Source: a virus (Duplodnaviria; Caudoviricetes). From it: 25,501 bases of DNA. The notes under the pieces are model-generated. The model saw only the letters and a list, made by a program, of their open reading frames with translations, was not told the origin of the DNA and made no database searches. Below, piece after piece: positions 22,628-25,501 of the stretch (position 1 is the stretch's first letter; each line of letters opens with the position of its first letter). Position numbers and translations under genes: made by a program. The stretch lies in the IMG/VR virus record IMGVR_UViG_3300032335_000803, positions 1-25,501 of that record; one strand, 5' to 3'.

Positions 22628-23341
22628 ATGAGCATGTCCCCCCGCCTTCTGCGACCGCGAGACACGGGGTTCAGCCCGAAGAGCATCAGCGGGCTTTTTG
22701 CATGGTATGACGCAACGGCTGCGTCTACCCTGACAATGTCAGGCAGTAGCGTTACGGGTATCGCAGACCGTAGCGGAAACGGCCGCAATGCCGTGCAAGG
22801 CGTCGGGGTGTATCAACCGGTGATGTCAACGATTGGAACCAAGGCAGCGATTGCGTTTGCCCCGCAGAATCTTTTGGCAGCCGTCACGTCGTACACAATC
22901 ACGGCCCAAAGCGTGTTTGCTGTGGTGGCTATCGACGGCTTGGTTGCGTTTGCCCGGATTGTGGCCCAAGAGTCGGAAACCGAAAACGCTGTACACATCC
23001 CGCTACTGATTCCAAACCCAGCGACCTACACCGTCGGCACGTATAACGGTGGCGGGTTTCGCTCTGGGGTATCTGTAACGCAATCGGCCGGAACAATCGC
23101 AGAGTCGCACCATAGCGGCAGTTCGTTGACGTGCCGTGCGAATGGCGTGGCCGGTACGTCGTTTTCTTCTGCCCTAAACTTTTCCCCTACAAAGCTCCTG
23201 CTAGGCAATAGTGGTGGATTTTCTAACGGGCTCACTGGACGGATCGGCGAGGTGCTCGTCTGGAATCGGGCACTGACTGCTGCCGAGATCCTGGCCACGC
23301 GACTGTATCTTTCCAGTAAATGGGGGATCACAGTCGCATGA
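22628..23341 (+). CDS. LamG/concanavalin A-like beta-sandwich protein (putative virion adhesin)
   Basis: GLFAWYDA...IADRSGNGRNAVQ...LTGRIGEVLVWNRALTAAEI...YLSSKWG. Confidence 0.75.
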   Translation: MSMSPRLLRPRDTGFSPKSISGLFAWYDATAASTLTMSGSSVTGIADRSGNGRNAVQGVGVYQPVMSTIGTKAAIAFAPQNLLAAVTSYTITAQSVFAVVAIDGLVAFARIVAQESETENAVHIPLLIPNPATYTVGTYNGGGFRSGVSVTQSAGTIAESHHSGSSLTCRANGVAGTSFSSALNFSPTKLLLGNSGGFSNGLTGRIGEVLVWNRALTAAEILATRLYLSSKWGITVA

Positions 23342-23619
23342 GGTACTTCGTAGGACAGGATGACATCGGGTACGAGACCATACGCACCACGCTGGATGCT
23401 GCATGGGATCTGCCAAACAACCTCGGCACCGACACCTGCCTGCCACCCGCCAACGTGGCACCACGCAACCAGTCTGGGCTGATCACCCTAGCCCTCAGAG
23501 ACGAGTTCTGCGAGTGGCCGGCCGCGTCTGCAATGCTCCCAGAACTGCTGGGCATTGGCGTCATTTCAGAAATCACTGCCGATGAATACCGGGCAGGTAT
23601 CAGTAGGACAGGACCGTGA
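23338..23619 (+). CDS. Hypothetical protein coupled to the LamG-like gene
   Basis: ATGA overlap; 93 aa. Confidence 0.6.
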   Translation: MRYFVGQDDIGYETIRTTLDAAWDLPNNLGTDTCLPPANVAPRNQSGLITLALRDEFCEWPAASAMLPELLGIGVISEITADEYRAGISRTGP

Positions 23620-23659
23620 ACCTCCAGAGTCTCCTAGCCCTGTGAGCTAGGGCACTGCC

Positions 23660-23691
23660 ACTGCAAGAGAACCCCACACACCGCATACGAT
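23660..23691 (+). promoter_or_regulatory. Putative late promoter, copy 2 (ACTGCAAGAGA-N15-TACGAT)
   Basis: Matches 19915-19946. Preceded by the hairpin CCTAGC-N7-GCTAGG. Confidence 0.55.
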
Positions 23692-23744
23692 AAACCAGAG
23701 GCCACGTTGCGGGCTTGACCCGTGCCACCACCAGGAGAGATGCC

Positions 23745-24098
23745 ATGAGCCAAGTAAAGATCAAGCGTCAGTTTCGCGTTGTGTCGGCCACCGTCACCAC
23801 GGCCACGAGCACCAGCACCACGCTGCGGCTCGAGGACATGGCCGGTGCTGTAGTCGAGCTGCCCACCATCACCACCAACGCAGCAACGCTGCAGGTGTGG
23901 GGCAATGACGCAGCCGATGGCGACTTCGCCCGTCTTTACGGCTCAGACGGCTCGGCTTCGGATATCACCCTAGCTCCAAGCACGGTCAATAAAACCATCT
24001 ACAGCCTGCCTGACGCAGCGTTTGCCGTGCCGTTCCTCAAGTTGGTGGCGGCCAACACGAATGCCACGGCGACTGTCAGCGTTGTGATGAAGTCCTAG
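23745..24098 (+). CDS. Thr-rich beta-strand protein, putative virion decoration protein
   Basis: AGGAG RBS, ATG at 23745; 117 aa. Confidence 0.65.
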   Translation: MSQVKIKRQFRVVSATVTTATSTSTTLRLEDMAGAVVELPTITTNAATLQVWGNDAADGDFARLYGSDGSASDITLAPSTVNKTIYSLPDAAFAVPFLKLVAANTNATATVSVVMKS

Positions 24099-24099
24099 C

Positions 24100-24429
24100 G
24101 TGCCAACCCGAATCCCAATCCACAGGCCGCTGCGTCTGGTGTCCCGCCGAAAGCGAGACGATACCGCCAGGCCAAACGCGGCAGCCCGTGGATACTGCGA
24201 CAGAGCTCACAGAGCGTGGCGGCAGGCTGTGCTGACCAGAGACGCATGGACATGCCGCGATTGCGGCAGAGTTTGCAGTGATCGCAAGGAGGCCCAGGCT
24301 GACCACGTGCGGCCCATCAGCAAGGGTGGCGAACGCTACGACCTGGCGAACGGGCAGACGTTGTGCATCGTGTGCCACGGGCGAAAGACGGCCAGGGAAA
24401 ACGGTTGTAAGCGCACTGAACGGATGTAG
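24100..24429 (+). CDS. HNH endonuclease (HK97 gp74-like, packaging-associated)
   Basis: AAARGY...WR..VL.RD..TCRDCG...ADHVRP...NGQTLC..CHGRKTARE, in the pre-terminase position. Confidence 0.85.
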   Translation: MPTRIPIHRPLRLVSRRKRDDTARPNAAARGYCDRAHRAWRQAVLTRDAWTCRDCGRVCSDRKEAQADHVRPISKGGERYDLANGQTLCIVCHGRKTARENGCKRTERM

Positions 24430-24456
24430 ACTATGCACACCGCAAGGAGGTGGTGC

Positions 24457-25461
24457 ATGTGCGACAGCCAAAAGAGGCACGCAAGGACGTGTGTTTATTG
24501 CCAAAGCGAATGGCAAGCCAAATGCCCTACGGCACGTTATTGCAGCACTCGCTGCCAACATTTGGCGTCTGGTGGTCGTGTGATTTTGGCGTGTCCTCGC
24601 TGCGGCAGCGATTTTGAGTGCAAGGCAATGGAGGTGCGTGCCGGGCGTCGGTTCTGCTCAAAGGTGTGCATGCTGGATGCAAAAAGGCGGGCGGCCAAAC
24701 CGTGCCTTGAGTGCGGAGTGCTGTTTGCAACAAAGCCAAAGAAAGACCCACGTAAGGGTAAGGGGCTGTATTGCAGCAAGCGGTGCGCTGGTGCGGCTCG
24801 CCGTGCTGGCAAGCGTTGCGGACGCTGGAACGAAGCACAAGAACTTCGAGCGTGCCGCGCTAAGGTTAAGCCATCGCAGCGAATGTATGCGGCGATGCAG
24901 GAGGCAATGCGTAAGCATTTGCAATCAATAGCCAATCTCTACCAAGCACTACACGACTATCGCCCTTGCCTTAACTGCGGCGGGCCTCCAAAAGATCACG
25001 CAACAGAAAGCACTCGCTTTTGCTCAATCAAGTGTTCTGCGGAATATGAATGGGAGTGCCCGTGCAGTTCTTGCGGAACACTATTTAGCAAGACAGGAGT
25101 GCATGGTGGCGGCACGGCTCTGTGCATTGATTGCAGGGCAAAGGCAAGGCGGCAGTGCCGCAGGTACCGCAACATAGCTAGCAGAGCCAAGAAGCATGGA
25201 GTGGCTAGAGAGAGGTACGTAAGGGAAAGTTTGCTTGAACGGGATGGATGGCAATGCCAACTGTGCGGCGTAAAGCTGTTGCATAAGTGGACGTATCACA
25301 AGAGGACGTTGATTCCGCATCCCAAGAACGCAACGCTTGATCACATTATTGCGATGTCCTGCGGCGGCGCGGATGCACCGTGGAACATCCAAGCGCGTTG
25401 CTTTGCCTGCAACTCTAGGAAAAGCGCGTCTAGCAAAGGCCAGCTAAGGCTTCGTCTGTAG
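24457..25461 (+). CDS. Zinc-finger-repeat protein with a C-terminal HNH endonuclease
   Basis: AAGGAGG RBS before the ATG at 24457. Five CxxC...(Y/F/L)C(S)xxC units, then RDGWQCQLCG...TLDHII...NIQARCFACNSRK. Confidence 0.8.
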   Translation: MCDSQKRHARTCVYCQSEWQAKCPTARYCSTRCQHLASGGRVILACPRCGSDFECKAMEVRAGRRFCSKVCMLDAKRRAAKPCLECGVLFATKPKKDPRKGKGLYCSKRCAGAARRAGKRCGRWNEAQELRACRAKVKPSQRMYAAMQEAMRKHLQSIANLYQALHDYRPCLNCGGPPKDHATESTRFCSIKCSAEYEWECPCSSCGTLFSKTGVHGGGTALCIDCRAKARRQCRRYRNIASRAKKHGVARERYVRESLLERDGWQCQLCGVKLLHKWTYHKRTLIPHPKNATLDHIIAMSCGGADAPWNIQARCFACNSRKSASSKGQLRLRL

Positions 25462-25501
25462 TACTCCGGGTAAAAAATGCCCAACAAAAGGCCCCCGAAA
25501 C

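Larger units (their letters stand above)
1..25501. mobile_element. Temperate tailed bacteriophage genome segment (whole window)
   Basis: Tail, integrase, recombination, replication, late and HNH modules in phage order. No host housekeeping context. Confidence 0.95.

Noticed and set aside
23716-23733. Third copy of the TTGAC-N6-GC-YAC motif
   Set aside because: The spacing is N4 rather than N6 and it lies downstream of the better-supported late-promoter motif.
1-25501. CRISPR array, tRNA gene, reverse transcriptase/DGR, IS element
   Set aside because: By eye I found no regularly spaced repeat-spacer units, cloverleaf with a T-loop, YxDD reverse transcriptase, TR/VR pair or transposase. tRNAscan and self-alignment were not run.

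Overview
This window is a contiguous ~25.5 kb part of a high-GC temperate tailed (siphovirus-like) phage genome. Almost every gene is on the + strand, with tight ATGA/TAATG overlaps. Gene order: tail module (two tail-tube-like paralogs, a tail assembly chaperone with a -1 frameshift, a 563-aa tape measure protein, minor tail and Cys-rich proteins); an accessory HExxH / metallophosphoesterase / DUF1599-like module; the only leftward gene, a tyrosine integrase; a ~1.5 kb control region (promoters, two repeat families, structured intergenic RNAs, an excisionase-type HTH, no recognisable cI); early/replication genes (RecT-like annealase, GIY-YIG and HNH nucleases, replication initiator with internal iterons, stand-alone LexA DNA-binding domain, DnaN beta-clamp, RusA); a methyltransferase plus two glycosyltransferases; a late membrane/protease cassette built around a papain-like protease with no recognisable endolysin; LamG-like and small structural proteins; and two HNH genes, where terminase/head genes would be expected to follow. 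Phage genes flank the integrase on both sides, so this looks like the excised (attP) form. A Planctomycetota-like host is only a guess from gene style. The most notable unexplained signals are a CsrB/RsmZ-like GGA-hairpin array (10097-10233), GTAC-N4-GTAC LexA-box-like sites suggesting cI-less SOS control, the protease-centred putative lysis cassette, and a repeated ACTGCAAGAGA-N15-TANNNT late-promoter motif. All family assignments come from motifs read by eye; no database search was run.
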